DNA of 61,114 bases, the filler included, from a candidate division TA06 bacterium SM23_40 (GTDB taxonomy: Bacteria; LJUI01; SM1-40): assembly GCA_001303705.1 (NCBI GenBank). It is 4 parts of 4 records of this genome, joined end to end, with 100 filler letters (N's around TTAATTAATTAA, not from the genome) between each part and the next. Parts side by side here need not be neighbours in the genome. Positions count along the whole stretch, not along the records: positions 1 to 18,273 come from LJUI01000056.1; positions 18,374 to 32,692 come from LJUI01000057.1; 2 more parts are not named here. The stretch is one strand, 5' to 3'. Position numbers and translations under genes: made by a program. Of the stretch, positions 10,904 to 20,288 are shown piece after piece (position 1 is the first letter of the stretch; every line of letters begins with the position of its first letter). The notes below the pieces were generated by a model that searched no databases, was not told where the DNA came from, and saw nothing but the letters and a program-made list of their open reading frames with translations.

Positions 10904-11971
10904 ATGGAGACCATGTCGTCATACGCAGATTCGACACGGGCCATGCGGTTGAAAAGGCTCTTCACGATCGCGAGCCTGATCGCACTCGGGCTGTCGCTTG
11001 TCTGGGCGAACCACCGGCTCGATCCGTATATGGTGCGGATCCTGAATCTGTGCGCGATAAACATCATTCTGGCGACGAGCCTCAATCTCATCTTCGGATT
11101 CGCGGGGCAGTTCTCTCTGGGCCATGCTGGATTCATGGCCGTGGGTGCGTACGCGTGCGCCCTCCTCACCATGACGCCCGCGCAGAAGGAAGCTACATTC
11201 ATCATCAGCCCCCTCATCCGTCCCCTGGCAACGATCCAGCTGCCGTTCCTCCCCGCCATCCTCATCGGTGGAATCCTCGCCGCCATCTTCGGCTTCATCA
11301 TTGGTGCTCCGACACTCAGGTTGCGCGGCGACTACCTTGCCATCGCCTCCCTCGGCTTCGCCGAGATCATCCGGGTCGTGGGCAACAACGCGATCCCCAT
11401 CACCAACGGGGCCCTCGGCCTGAAAGGGATCCCCGAATACACGAACCTGTACTGGAGTTGGGGAGCGGCAGCCATCACGATCTTCATCATCAAGCGGCTC
11501 GTCGACTCGAGCTACGGACGAGCGATGATGGCGGTACGGGAGAACGAGATTGCCGCCGAAGTGATGGGTGTCAGCCTCTTCTACCACAAGGTCCTGGCGT
11601 TCGTCATCGGATCGTTCTTCGCCGGCGTGGGCGGAGCCCTCCTGGCCAATCTGGTGACGACAATCGATCCCAAGACATTCATCTTCATTCTCACGTTCAA
11701 CATTCTCATCATAGTCGTCATCGGGGGGCTCGCGAGCATCACCGGCTCCTGCCTTGCCGCGATCGGATATACGATCCTCCTCGAGGCGCTGCGTCCGCTC
11801 GAGGCGCCGATGACGATCGGCCCGGTCCATATTCCGGGAGTGCCGGGCCTGAGGATGGTCATCTTCTCGCTCGTCCTGCTCGCCGTCATCCTGTTCTACC
11901 GACAGGGCTTGATGGGGAAGCGCGAATTCGGGTGGGGCTGGCTGGTGAGGCGCATGGTGAGGAAGACATGA
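10904..11971 (+). CDS. livM: Branched-chain amino acid ABC transporter permease
   Basis: SLNLIFGFAGQFSLGHAGFMAVGAY; LRLRGDYLAIASLGFAEI. Confidence 0.93.
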   Translation: METMSSYADSTRAMRLKRLFTIASLIALGLSLVWANHRLDPYMVRILNLCAINIILATSLNLIFGFAGQFSLGHAGFMAVGAYACALLTMTPAQKEATFIISPLIRPLATIQLPFLPAILIGGILAAIFGFIIGAPTLRLRGDYLAIASLGFAEIIRVVGNNAIPITNGALGLKGIPEYTNLYWSWGAAAITIFIIKRLVDSSYGRAMMAVRENEIAAEVMGVSLFYHKVLAFVIGSFFAGVGGALLANLVTTIDPKTFIFILTFNILIIVVIGGLASITGSCLAAIGYTILLEALRPLEAPMTIGPVHIPGVPGLRMVIFSLVLLAVILFYRQGLMGKREFGWGWLVRRMVRKT

Positions 11972-12182
11972 GGATTGCATCCGGCAGTGCTGATCTGTGC
12001 GGTCCGAAGTCTGCGCCACAGAGCCACGCTGTCCACGTGGCGCGATCTGCGCTGCGGCGGTCAGGTTTCAGCGTGAGCGAGTAGACGTACAACGAGCCAG
12101 CCACCGTGCGGCGGGGCGATAAAAGAGCCCGTGTTGGAGGCGAACGAGAACTTGACAGATACTACATGGAGCACCGTACACG

Positions 12183-13007
12183 ATGGCGTTGCTTGAGACA
12201 GACGGGATCACGATGCGATTCGGCGGACTCGTCGCTGTCGCCGACTTCCGGGTGAGGATCGAGGAGGGCGAGCTCGTGGGACTCATCGGTCCCAACGGGT
12301 CGGGAAAGACGACCGTCTTCAATATGATTACCGGTATCTACCGGCCGACTCAGAACCGCGTACGGTTCCTCGACCGCGACATCACCGGAGAGCGCCCCGA
12401 TCGCATCACCGCTCTGGGGATCGCCCGCACCTTCCAGAACATCAGGCTCCTCAACAGCCTGAGCGTTCTCGACAATGTCATGGTGGCCCACCACGTGCGG
12501 CTCCGTTCCACGCCGTGGGAGGCGATGTTCCGCCTGCCGCGGTATGTGCGGGAAGAACGGCTGATGCGCGAGGACTCGGAGCGCCTGCTCGAGCTCGTCG
12601 ACCTCCACACCGTGCGCGATGCCTCTGCGGGGAGCCTCCCCTACGGCCGGCAGCGCAGGCTGGAGATCGCCCGCGCCATCGCCACCACGCCGAAGCTCCT
12701 CCTCCTCGACGAACCTGCGGCCGGCATGAACCCGCAGGAGACCAATGCGCTCATGGAGTTCATCCAGCGCATCCGCCGCGAGTTCGACCTCACCATCTTC
12801 ATCATCGAGCACGACATGAAAGTCATCATGGGGATCTGCGAGCGGATCCTCGTGCTCGATTACGGCGTGACGATCGCGCAAGGAACTCCCGAGGAGATCC
12901 AGGGAGATCGGAAAGTGATCGAGGCCTATCTCGGGACGGAGTGGGCTGGGGGGGCCCGCGGTCGGGCGGAACAGGGATCCACCCCGGAGGAGAAGCACGA
13001 TGCTTAA
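12183..13007 (+). CDS. livG: Branched-chain amino acid ABC transporter ATP-binding protein
   Basis: Walker A GPNGSGKT; ARTFQNIRL; LPYGRQRRLEIARA; LDEPAAG. Confidence 0.95.
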   Translation: MALLETDGITMRFGGLVAVADFRVRIEEGELVGLIGPNGSGKTTVFNMITGIYRPTQNRVRFLDRDITGERPDRITALGIARTFQNIRLLNSLSVLDNVMVAHHVRLRSTPWEAMFRLPRYVREERLMREDSERLLELVDLHTVRDASAGSLPYGRQRRLEIARAIATTPKLLLLDEPAAGMNPQETNALMEFIQRIRREFDLTIFIIEHDMKVIMGICERILVLDYGVTIAQGTPEEIQGDRKVIEAYLGTEWAGGARGRAEQGSTPEEKHDA

Positions 13008-13707
13008 GATCGACGACCTCCACGTCCACTACGGCGGCATCCATGCCCTGCGGGGAATCGATCTCCATGTCCCTCCCAGGTCGATCGTCACGCTGATCGG
13101 TGCGAACGGAGCGGGGAAGAGCACCACGCTCCGAACGATCGGAGGGCTAGTACGCCCTACGAGAGGGAGGATTACCCTCGACGGCAAGGAGATCGTGGGG
13201 CGGCCAGCAGACGAGATCGTGAAGCTCGGACTGGCAATGGTGCCGGAGGGCCGCCGGGTCTTCCCTAACCTGACAACGCTCGACAATCTGAAGCTCGGCG
13301 CCTTCTCGCGCCGCGATCGACATGAGATCGAGCGAGATCTCGAATGGGTGTACACGCTCTTTCCGCGGCTCAGGGAGAGACGCGGTCAGTACGCCGGCAC
13401 CCTATCGGGCGGAGAGCAGCAGATGCTCGCCGTGGGCCGCGGGCTGATGTCACGCCCCAAGCTCCTCATGCTCGACGAACCATCCCTCGGCCTGGCACCC
13501 GTGCTCATGGAGGAGATATTCAGTATCGTCCGGCAGATCCGGGAGGGCGGGACGACGATTCTCCTCATCGAACAGAACGCGTACGGAGCCCTCCAGCTCG
13601 CCGACTACGGGTATGTGCTCGAGACCGGTGAGATCGCCCTCGAGGGGAAAGCCCAGGATCTGCTCCAGGACGAGCGGGTCAAGTCCGCTTACCTGGGCGC
13701 GGCGTGA
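13000..13707 (+). CDS. livF: Branched-chain amino acid ABC transporter ATP-binding protein
   Basis: GANGAGKST; VPEGRRVF; LSGGEQQMLA; LDEPSLGLAP. Confidence 0.95.
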   Translation: MLKIDDLHVHYGGIHALRGIDLHVPPRSIVTLIGANGAGKSTTLRTIGGLVRPTRGRITLDGKEIVGRPADEIVKLGLAMVPEGRRVFPNLTTLDNLKLGAFSRRDRHEIERDLEWVYTLFPRLRERRGQYAGTLSGGEQQMLAVGRGLMSRPKLLMLDEPSLGLAPVLMEEIFSIVRQIREGGTTILLIEQNAYGALQLADYGYVLETGEIALEGKAQDLLQDERVKSAYLGAA

Positions 13708-14120
13708 GGAAAGCGGGATCGCCTATCCGGGCCGCCCCACCTCTCCAGCCCACCCCTTCCGGACCAGCCCATATCCCTTTTCCCGCCGGCCGAGCCCGTA
13801 CCTCCGAGGCAATCCGCATCCCCCGGGCGATCCGCATCTCTCCCGCAGTTCCCGCCAGCACGGCGCCTGGCACCGCCCCCGGCAGCTAACACCGGTCCCG
13901 GCAGCCATGACGCCCCTATTGCCCAGCACCCTGATTCCCAACTCCTTGACCAACCCGCCCGGCCCCCTGCCCCTCCGCAATATGCCCCATCAACGCATCA
14001 CTCTATGAGAAAGACACTTAGAGAGATCAACATGCCGAAAGAGCCCCGGATATCGGGCGGCACCCCGAAAACCGGCGTTCAGACGCCAACCGAGAGATCA
14101 AGAAAAATCCAAAAAAAGAC

Positions 14121-14149
14121 TTGACAAGGGGCCCCGGGAGCGTTAGATT
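14121..14149 (+). promoter_or_regulatory. Sigma70-type promoter for the AbrB-family gene
   Basis: TTGACA (14121), 17-bp spacer, TAGATT (14144). A-rich tract upstream; AAGGAGG RBS before 14221. Confidence 0.75.
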
Positions 14150-14220
14150 ATTCAGTGTGGACTTATTTATCAGATTACGGTGACTAAGCAAAGAATTACT
14201 CATGAAAGGAGGAATCAGAA

Positions 14221-14508
14221 ATGGCTGAGAAGAAGAGGGAGTCCTGCTGCGGGCCACAGGTCAAAGGAACAGTCAAGACAGCGGGCTGCTGCAAGGTCGA
14301 TGCTGTGGTGACCGTCGATGAGAGAGGGCAGATGGTACTGCCCAAGGAGATCAGGGAGAAAGCAGGCATCGGCGCCGGAGACAAGCTCGCTGTGGTGAGT
14401 TGCGAGAGCGACGATAAGGTCTGTTGCATCACGCTCGTGAAGGCCGAGGACTTCGGAAAATCGATCAAGGCGATGCTTGGACCGATGTTCAAGGAGATCT
14501 TCGAGTAA
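14221..14508 (+). CDS. hgcC: Cys-rich AbrB/MazE/SpoVT-family protein resembling HgcAB-associated HgcC
   Basis: VTVDERGQMVLPKEIREKAGI..GDKL AbrB signature plus three CC pairs (ESCCG, AGCCKV, KVCCITL). Confidence 0.7.
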   Translation: MAEKKRESCCGPQVKGTVKTAGCCKVDAVVTVDERGQMVLPKEIREKAGIGAGDKLAVVSCESDDKVCCITLVKAEDFGKSIKAMLGPMFKEIFE

Positions 14509-14855
14509 GGAGGAGCCGCAATGAAACAGGCTAGCACGAAGAGGTGCGGACGAACTCCTGCTCATCTCTGCCACGGGGTTCAGAAGGCACCGAATCCGGG
14601 CAGAAAGAGACATGCCCCCGGTATCGCGCATCGAGGGAGGCCGGTGCACGAGAACACCTTGCCAAGGAGTGCCGGTCTGCTCTGGATCACGACCTAGCCA
14701 GTACGTCTTCTCATGCAGGACCGCTTCGCCCCCGATCTGCCACCACCGGCCCCTGTTCCACCAATGAAAGCGGGGCTCCAGGGATCCTTATCTGGGGACC
14801 CCTGACCCCGCCTTTCCGCATCCGAGAACGTAGCGCTATCCACGGTCGCCCAGCG

Positions 14856-16886
14856 CTACCGCAACAACACCATCCGCTTCGTCTCCGTGAACTCCCCGGT
14901 CTCCAAACGGCAGAAGTAGATGCCCGAGCCAACCTCCCTCCCTCGCCCGTCGCGCCCGTCCCAGATCACTCGATGCGCTCCCGTCTCAACCGTCCCCCGC
15001 ACGAGCTCCCGCACCAGCGCGCCCCGGATGTCATACACCGCCAGCGTGACGGGCCTCTGCGCGCTCAGCGAGTAGGAGATCGTCGTCGACGACCAGAACG
15101 GATTAGGACGATTCTGCGCCAGATACTCCGCACCTGACCTCAGCTCATCTTCATCGTCAGCCACTCCCACCACATCGGTCACCGTGATGTCCGTCTGTTC
15201 GGTATCGGCAAGAGCCGGGACGCCGACATCTGCGGCGACGAACGTCACCGTGTACAGACCAGCCTGCTGATATGTGGGGGTCCACTCGAAGACGCCACTC
15301 ACCGAATCCAACACCGCTCCTGTCGGAAGATCGGGTGAAAAAAACCAGATACTATCACGATCAGGATCGGTCGCCTCCAGCGTGAACGTCAGATGCTGAT
15401 TCTCGTCCACCGTAGTATCCGGCTGATCGATCAGGTCCGGCGGGCGGTTCACATCGCCAACCGTAATATCCGTCTGTTCCGTGTCGGCAAGGGCCGGCGC
15501 GCCAAGGTCTGCTGCGATGAACGTTACGGTATGAAGACCTGATTGAGCATACGTGGGTGTCCACTCGAAGACACCAGTCACCGCGTCCAGCGCAGCTCCC
15601 CCAGGTAGATCGGGAGCGGAGAAGACGATGCTATCACCATCCGGATCGCTCGCCTCCAGTGTGAACGTCAAATGCTGATTCTCCGCCACTGAGGTGTCGG
15701 GCTGATCTGTAAGATCAGGCGGATGGTTCCCCGCGACGAAACCGTCGGCGTCTGTTTTGATCAGGTATACATCTTCGCTGCCCGCACCGAAGGAATCGGT
15801 GTACCCAGCGATGACGTACCCACCATCGTCCGTCTGCCCCACCCAATACCCATAGTCGTGCTCTGAGCCGCCATAGGTGCGCGTCCACACCGTGTCGCCT
15901 ACATCGTCAGTCTTCACCAGATACACATCTTCTAGGCCAGCGCCGAAGGATCTCGTGTACCCGGCGACAATATACCCCCCATCGGCCGTCTGCTCTGCCG
16001 AGTACCCATAATCATAGCCCGGACCGCCGTACGTGCGCGTCCACACCGTGTCGCCCGCCCCATCCGTCTTTATCAGATACACATCGTAGCCGCCCGCGCC
16101 GAACGATCTGGTGTATCCGGCGATGATGTATCCCCCATCTATCGTCTGCTCAACCGAATTGCCCTGATCCCAATCTGCGCCGCCATAGGTGCGTGTCCAC
16201 ACCGTGTCGCCCGCACTATCCGTCTTGATCAGATAGACATCGTCACCGCCTACCCCGAAAGAATCCGTATATCCAACGATGATATATCCGTCATCCGCAG
16301 TCCGCTCAATCGAATATCCATAATCATAGGCTGGACCGCCATAGGTGCGCCTCCACACCGTATCACCCGCGGCATCCGTCTTGACCAGATACACATCCCC
16401 GTTGCCTGCACCGTAGGAATCGGTATATCCAGCAATGATGTATCCCGAATCGGCAGTCTGCTCGACTGCGTACGCATAATCATAGCCTGAGCCCCCGTAC
16501 GCGCCCGCCCACAAAGTGTCCCCCGCTCCGTCAGTCTTCATCAGAAGAGCATTCCAGCCCGCTGCGCCGAAGGACCAGGTGACTCCAGCGACGATGTATC
16601 CCGAATCGGCAGTCTGCTGAACCGAATACCCATAATCGTAGTCTACGCCGCCGTACGTGCGCGTCCACTGCGAGATGCCCAACGTGTCGGTCTTGATGAG
16701 ATATATGTCGGCCTCACCGACACCGAATGACTGGGTCTGTCCGACGACAACATACCCCCCTTCCTCCGTCTGTACTACTGAACGTCCCCGATCAAGGTCG
16801 GGGCCGCCGTAGGTCCGGTGGAATGAGATCTGAGCGCTCGCAGTCAGCGGGACAAGCAAGGCGAGTAAGACCATTAGCCTTCGCAT
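14856..16886 (-). CDS. Secreted beta-propeller repeat protein with two Ig-like domains and a FlgD-like C-terminal domain
   Basis: Signal peptide; about 7 repeats RTYGG..D.G.SV.QT.DGGYIIAG; duplicated NxPPDL..FEWTPTY Ig modules; LAQNRPNPF..WDGRD..GIYFCRL tail. Confidence 0.85.
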   Translation of the reverse strand: MRRLMVLLALLVPLTASAQISFHRTYGGPDLDRGRSVVQTEEGGYVVVGQTQSFGVGEADIYLIKTDTLGISQWTRTYGGVDYDYGYSVQQTADSGYIVAGVTWSFGAAGWNALLMKTDGAGDTLWAGAYGGSGYDYAYAVEQTADSGYIIAGYTDSYGAGNGDVYLVKTDAAGDTVWRRTYGGPAYDYGYSIERTADDGYIIVGYTDSFGVGGDDVYLIKTDSAGDTVWTRTYGGADWDQGNSVEQTIDGGYIIAGYTRSFGAGGYDVYLIKTDGAGDTVWTRTYGGPGYDYGYSAEQTADGGYIVAGYTRSFGAGLEDVYLVKTDDVGDTVWTRTYGGSEHDYGYWVGQTDDGGYVIAGYTDSFGAGSEDVYLIKTDADGFVAGNHPPDLTDQPDTSVAENQHLTFTLEASDPDGDSIVFSAPDLPGGAALDAVTGVFEWTPTYAQSGLHTVTFIAADLGAPALADTEQTDITVGDVNRPPDLIDQPDTTVDENQHLTFTLEATDPDRDSIWFFSPDLPTGAVLDSVSGVFEWTPTYQQAGLYTVTFVAADVGVPALADTEQTDITVTDVVGVADDEDELRSGAEYLAQNRPNPFWSSTTISYSLSAQRPVTLAVYDIRGALVRELVRGTVETGAHRVIWDGRDGRGREVGSGIYFCRLETGEFTETKRMVLLR

Positions 16887-17360
16887 GGCTGCCATCTCCT
16901 TCGGTTGTGCCTCTTTGTCACACCCGAGCACCGCACCGGGGCGATCCACCTCGTCATAGCGTCCCCGCAGGCCTTCGTATCACTACAATAGGTGCCGCTG
17001 CCCTGCTCCCCAAGAGGACCCCCCGTTATCATGCTCAGAATAGCATGTCTCGATGGAGTTGTCGAGTAATATCAGCTCGAAAAAATCACCCGCCTCATTT
17101 GCGCGCGCTTCCCGGACGCTGGTCTCACCAGTGAAAGTGGAGCCCCCAAATCCGCATTCGAGAGACCCTACCCCGCCTCCTCGTATCTGGTAGTCTAGCA
17201 CAATCTCTGGTGAGGCTCCACTACCGCAGGTTCGTATCATTTGACCCCATGAGACATATCTCGTATGTTAGCTCATCGTCTAGAGTGGATCCTTTCTCAT
17301 GGAAGTCATGATGGGACTGCCGGAAAAGCCTCGATCTGCTGCCCCCAGGGTCATATGATA

Positions 17361-17585
17361 CTATCGCAGGAGTACCATCCGTCTCGTTTCGGTGAACTCG
17401 CCGACCTCGAAACGGCAGAAGTAGATGCCGGAGCTCACCTCACTACCTTGCCCGTCGCCCCCGTCCCACACCGCCTGATGTGAACCGGCGGCGACGATCC
17501 CGGAGACGAACTCCCGCACACGAGCGCCGCGGATGTCGTACACGGCCAATCTCACGCCCGCCGGAGCCGCGAGCGAATACGCGCC
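17361..17585 (-). pseudogene. Orphan FlgD-like C-terminal domain fragment
   Basis: YSLAAPAGVRLAVYDIRGARVRE..WDGGDGQG..SGIYFCRFEVGEFTETRRMVLLR closely matches the tails at 14856 and 30701, but the N-terminal part is missing. Confidence 0.75.
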
Positions 17586-17640
17586 GCTGCCGGGCACGAG
17601 CCAGAGTCTCCCTGATTCAGATACCACATCCCGGTGTAAT

Positions 17641-17747
17641 TGTCGAACAGTATCGGCGCAGCGAAATCGGCCGGCCGGCATCGCACCCCGCTGTTGCCGA
17701 ACAATATCACCGCAACGAAATCGGCTGAGCGGAATCGCACCCCGCTA
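17641..17747. repeat. Two imperfect ~54-bp direct repeats
   Basis: CGAACA.TATC..CGCA.CGAAATCGGC....CGG.ATCGCACCCCGCT occurs twice in tandem. Confidence 0.7.
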
Positions 17748-18273
17748 CTGTCTCAATTCCGGTTCACTCTCCGGCAAGGTCCACGTTCCCTTCTCTTTGT
17801 GATAACGCCCTACAGCCAGTCTCTCCGCTCCCCCGTACAGCACATAGTCTGCATCCCACTCACTGGGACTACTCACCCTCATGCCTATTCCGATGAGATC
17901 CTCTGATCGATTTGTGACACATACGACGAAAGGCAACATTTTGTTGAAGGGATTAGGCATGCACGATATCAGAACCATCCCTTCACCCTCGTATCTCTGG
18001 CCCCCGAACTCTATGGCATTGCTTCGGAACCCGAGAGGAATCCCGATCCTGAGCTGCCTGAGAAAGACGTTGTTGTCCGTATTCCCGTAGACAAAGGCCA
18101 CCTTATCTTCCCAGTTCATGTCCAGGGCTTCGGTATCGCTCACAATGTGGGATTCCATCTGAAAAGAAGCGAGGAAGTGCGTGAAGCCCTCGAGCTCCGC
18201 ACCGATCCCACCGACGAGTTCCTCAACGACAGCCGTAGGACGGACGAGATAGATACAGGGCGCACGCGGAAAG
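17745..18273 (-). CDS. 3' fragment of a hypothetical protein, cut by the contig end
   Basis: Frame is open from the gap to the stop at 17745. The G..Y...G..LI.C.PNPFN segment recalls C-terminal domains of some bacterial M1 peptidases (weak). Confidence 0.5.
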
Positions 18274-18373
18274 NNNNNNNNNNNNNNNNNNNNNNNNNNN
18301 NNNNNNNNNNNNNNNNNTTAATTAATTAANNNNNNNNNNNNNNNNNNNNNNNNNNNNNNNNNNNNNNNNNNNN
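18274..18373. other. Artificial contig spacer
   Basis: N44-TTAATTAATTAA-N44, with stops in all six frames. Confidence 0.97.
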
Positions 18374-18530
18374 CCAGCCAGTACCCGGCACCCACTCCCA
18401 CAAAGAGGCTCTCGGCGAACTTGTACACGGGATTGTCGCGGTACAGAAAGCTGAAGATCGCGAGAGTGAGAAAAGCTCCGACCCATATCCCGACCGTCTC
18501 AACCCACCCGAGTCCGCCAATCGTCTCCAC
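18374..18530 (-). CDS. Cassette gene D3, membrane protein (5' part only, truncated)
   Basis: IWVGAFLTLAIFSFLYRDNPVYKFAESLFVGVGAGY, paralog of D1/D2. GTG start inferred. Confidence 0.85.
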
Positions 18531-18543
18531 GGCAGCGTCCCCT

Positions 18544-19377
18544 CTAGGCCTCGCTCTCTCTCCTCCGGGAGAGAAGGTAGCTGATGTTCCCCAGGACAAC
18601 GAACAGAATGATGAGGAGATGGACTGCAGACTGCGCATCCATTCCACGCGCCGCCGTGCCGGGCTGCTCGATCAAGATCTCGTACTCCGCTGCTCCCGCC
18701 ATGCCCCCGAGCAGGCCCAGCAGCTGACCGGATTCCATGTACGGATAGAAGTTCGGCGCGCTCACCGCTGTCACGCCCGCACCCATCGGGACGTCGAAGC
18801 GGCTCTGCACTTGCTGCACCCACTCCCGCGTTCCGGGAGTCCCGGCTGAGATACTCACAAGAAAAGCAATATCGGCGAAGTTTGAGATTTTCCGCATGAG
18901 CGGCAGCTCCTCAACCGGCGTGAGGTAGAAGTCGCGGGGGAAGAGGCCGGGGATCGAGGTCCCCATCTCCACCATCGCATTCGGGCCGCCGGTTGTGTAC
19001 CCCAGATTGACGTAGTCGACTCCGTACTCCTTCCCGTACTCTGCTGCGACCTGCTGGTGGGCGGCTTCGACGAGCGGCGGCCCCTCCGGCCAGAGGCAGA
19101 CGGAGATGACACGCAGGTTGCGGCTGAAGCAGTGGCGGTACACCGCCAGAGTCATCGGCTGGAGTTCCGGCATCCCGTCCGGGCTGTAGTCACCGGCGAG
19201 CATTACGATCGAACCCTCGGGCAGGCCCTCGATCTCGTCAAACAGACCCCGTGTCGATCGCCCAACCGCCACCGGCAGGCGGAAGGGGAAGAGGAACGGC
19301 AGGACAACGCATATCGCGACGAAGAGGAAGACGACGCGTCGGTCGATGCTCTGGAGTCGTTCGAAGAATCGTATCAT
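18544..19377 (-). CDS. Cassette gene C3, two-TM protein with a large soluble alpha/beta domain
   Basis: IDRRVVFLF..DYSPDGMPELQPM..GVDYVNLGY..GLLGGMAGAAEYE..MDAQSAVHL; paralog of C1/C2. Confidence 0.85.
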   Translation of the reverse strand: MIRFFERLQSIDRRVVFLFVAICVVLPFLFPFRLPVAVGRSTRGLFDEIEGLPEGSIVMLAGDYSPDGMPELQPMTLAVYRHCFSRNLRVISVCLWPEGPPLVEAAHQQVAAEYGKEYGVDYVNLGYTTGGPNAMVEMGTSIPGLFPRDFYLTPVEELPLMRKISNFADIAFLVSISAGTPGTREWVQQVQSRFDVPMGAGVTAVSAPNFYPYMESGQLLGLLGGMAGAAEYEILIEQPGTAARGMDAQSAVHLLIILFVVLGNISYLLSRRRESEA

Positions 19378-19394
19378 GAGAGGGCCGATCCTCC

Positions 19395-20036
19395 CTATTC
19401 TCCGCCCAGGTATGCCCGTTCGATCCCGAGTATGATGCGCAGACCCATCGCCATGACCCCCATGGCAGCTCCCATCATGATCCCGCGGAATCCGATCATA
19501 TTCGGCACATTCATGATCCACTCCGTCACCACCGGCAGCTGCAGGGCTGTGGGCAGTCCTCTCGTCAACAGGCTACCCAGCGGTACCCGTCCCAGCATTA
19601 CGATGACCGCTGCGAGCAGCAGGAGCGTGGCCTCCCAGTTGCGGACGCGAAAGGCGCGGTACGCCGCCGAGGCGATGAAGAACGCGAGAAGGGCGAACAT
19701 CGTCATATCGAGGTGGACTTTCAGGTGCCGGAACAGGTAGTTGAATGGTGTGCCCTCTCCCACCCCCCAGACCAGACCGGTGATCATCATGGCGAACATG
19801 CCGGCCAGGAGTACAATGCTGTACGGCCAGCCGGCAGTGCGGCGAGGGATCCTCTCAAAGAGATGGATGCGCAGGAGATTACCGATCCCGAGGACGATGG
19901 AGGCGGCGATAACGATGACGCTCCACTGGCGGAGCTCAGACGCGGCGTTGGCCACCAGCGGATGGGGCACGAAGAAGTCGACGAGCTGGACGAACCCGGC
20001 CACGAAGGTGATGATCAGAGGGATCTCTCTACGCAT
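19395..20036 (-). CDS. Cassette gene B3, multi-pass membrane protein
   Basis: MRREIPL..TMFALLAFFIASAAYRAFR..MLGRVP..RIILGIERAYLG; paralog of B1/B2. Confidence 0.88.
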   Translation of the reverse strand: MRREIPLIITFVAGFVQLVDFFVPHPLVANAASELRQWSVIVIAASIVLGIGNLLRIHLFERIPRRTAGWPYSIVLLAGMFAMMITGLVWGVGEGTPFNYLFRHLKVHLDMTMFALLAFFIASAAYRAFRVRNWEATLLLLAAVIVMLGRVPLGSLLTRGLPTALQLPVVTEWIMNVPNMIGFRGIMMGAAMGVMAMGLRIILGIERAYLGGE

Positions 20037-20054
20037 TATACTCGTTCATCCTCT

Positions 20055-20159
20055 CGCTTCACGCTTCACGCTTCACGCTTCACGCTTCACGCTTCACGCT
20101 TCACGCTTCACGCTTCACGCTTCACGCTTCACGCCTCACGCTTCACGCTTCACGCCTCA
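20055..20159. repeat. Heptamer tandem repeat (CGCTTCA)x15
   Basis: 15 copies; copies 12 and 15 are CGCCTCA. Lies between genes A3 and B3. Confidence 0.95.
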
Positions 20160-20288
20160 CGCGTTTCTGCACGCCGCCCGATTCTCTGTACTTCATCTGT
20201 TCGGCGCGCCGCCAGTCCCTTCGTGGCACAGACGCCCGCACCAGTCACCCAATAGAAGAAAAACCGGCGTGGCAGCCGGAACGCGACT

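Noticed and set aside
12099..12135. GATAAAAGAGCCCG resembling the 3' end of a ykkC/guanidine-I riboswitch
   Set aside because: The 5' conserved elements are not visible, and the position is inside the liv operon.
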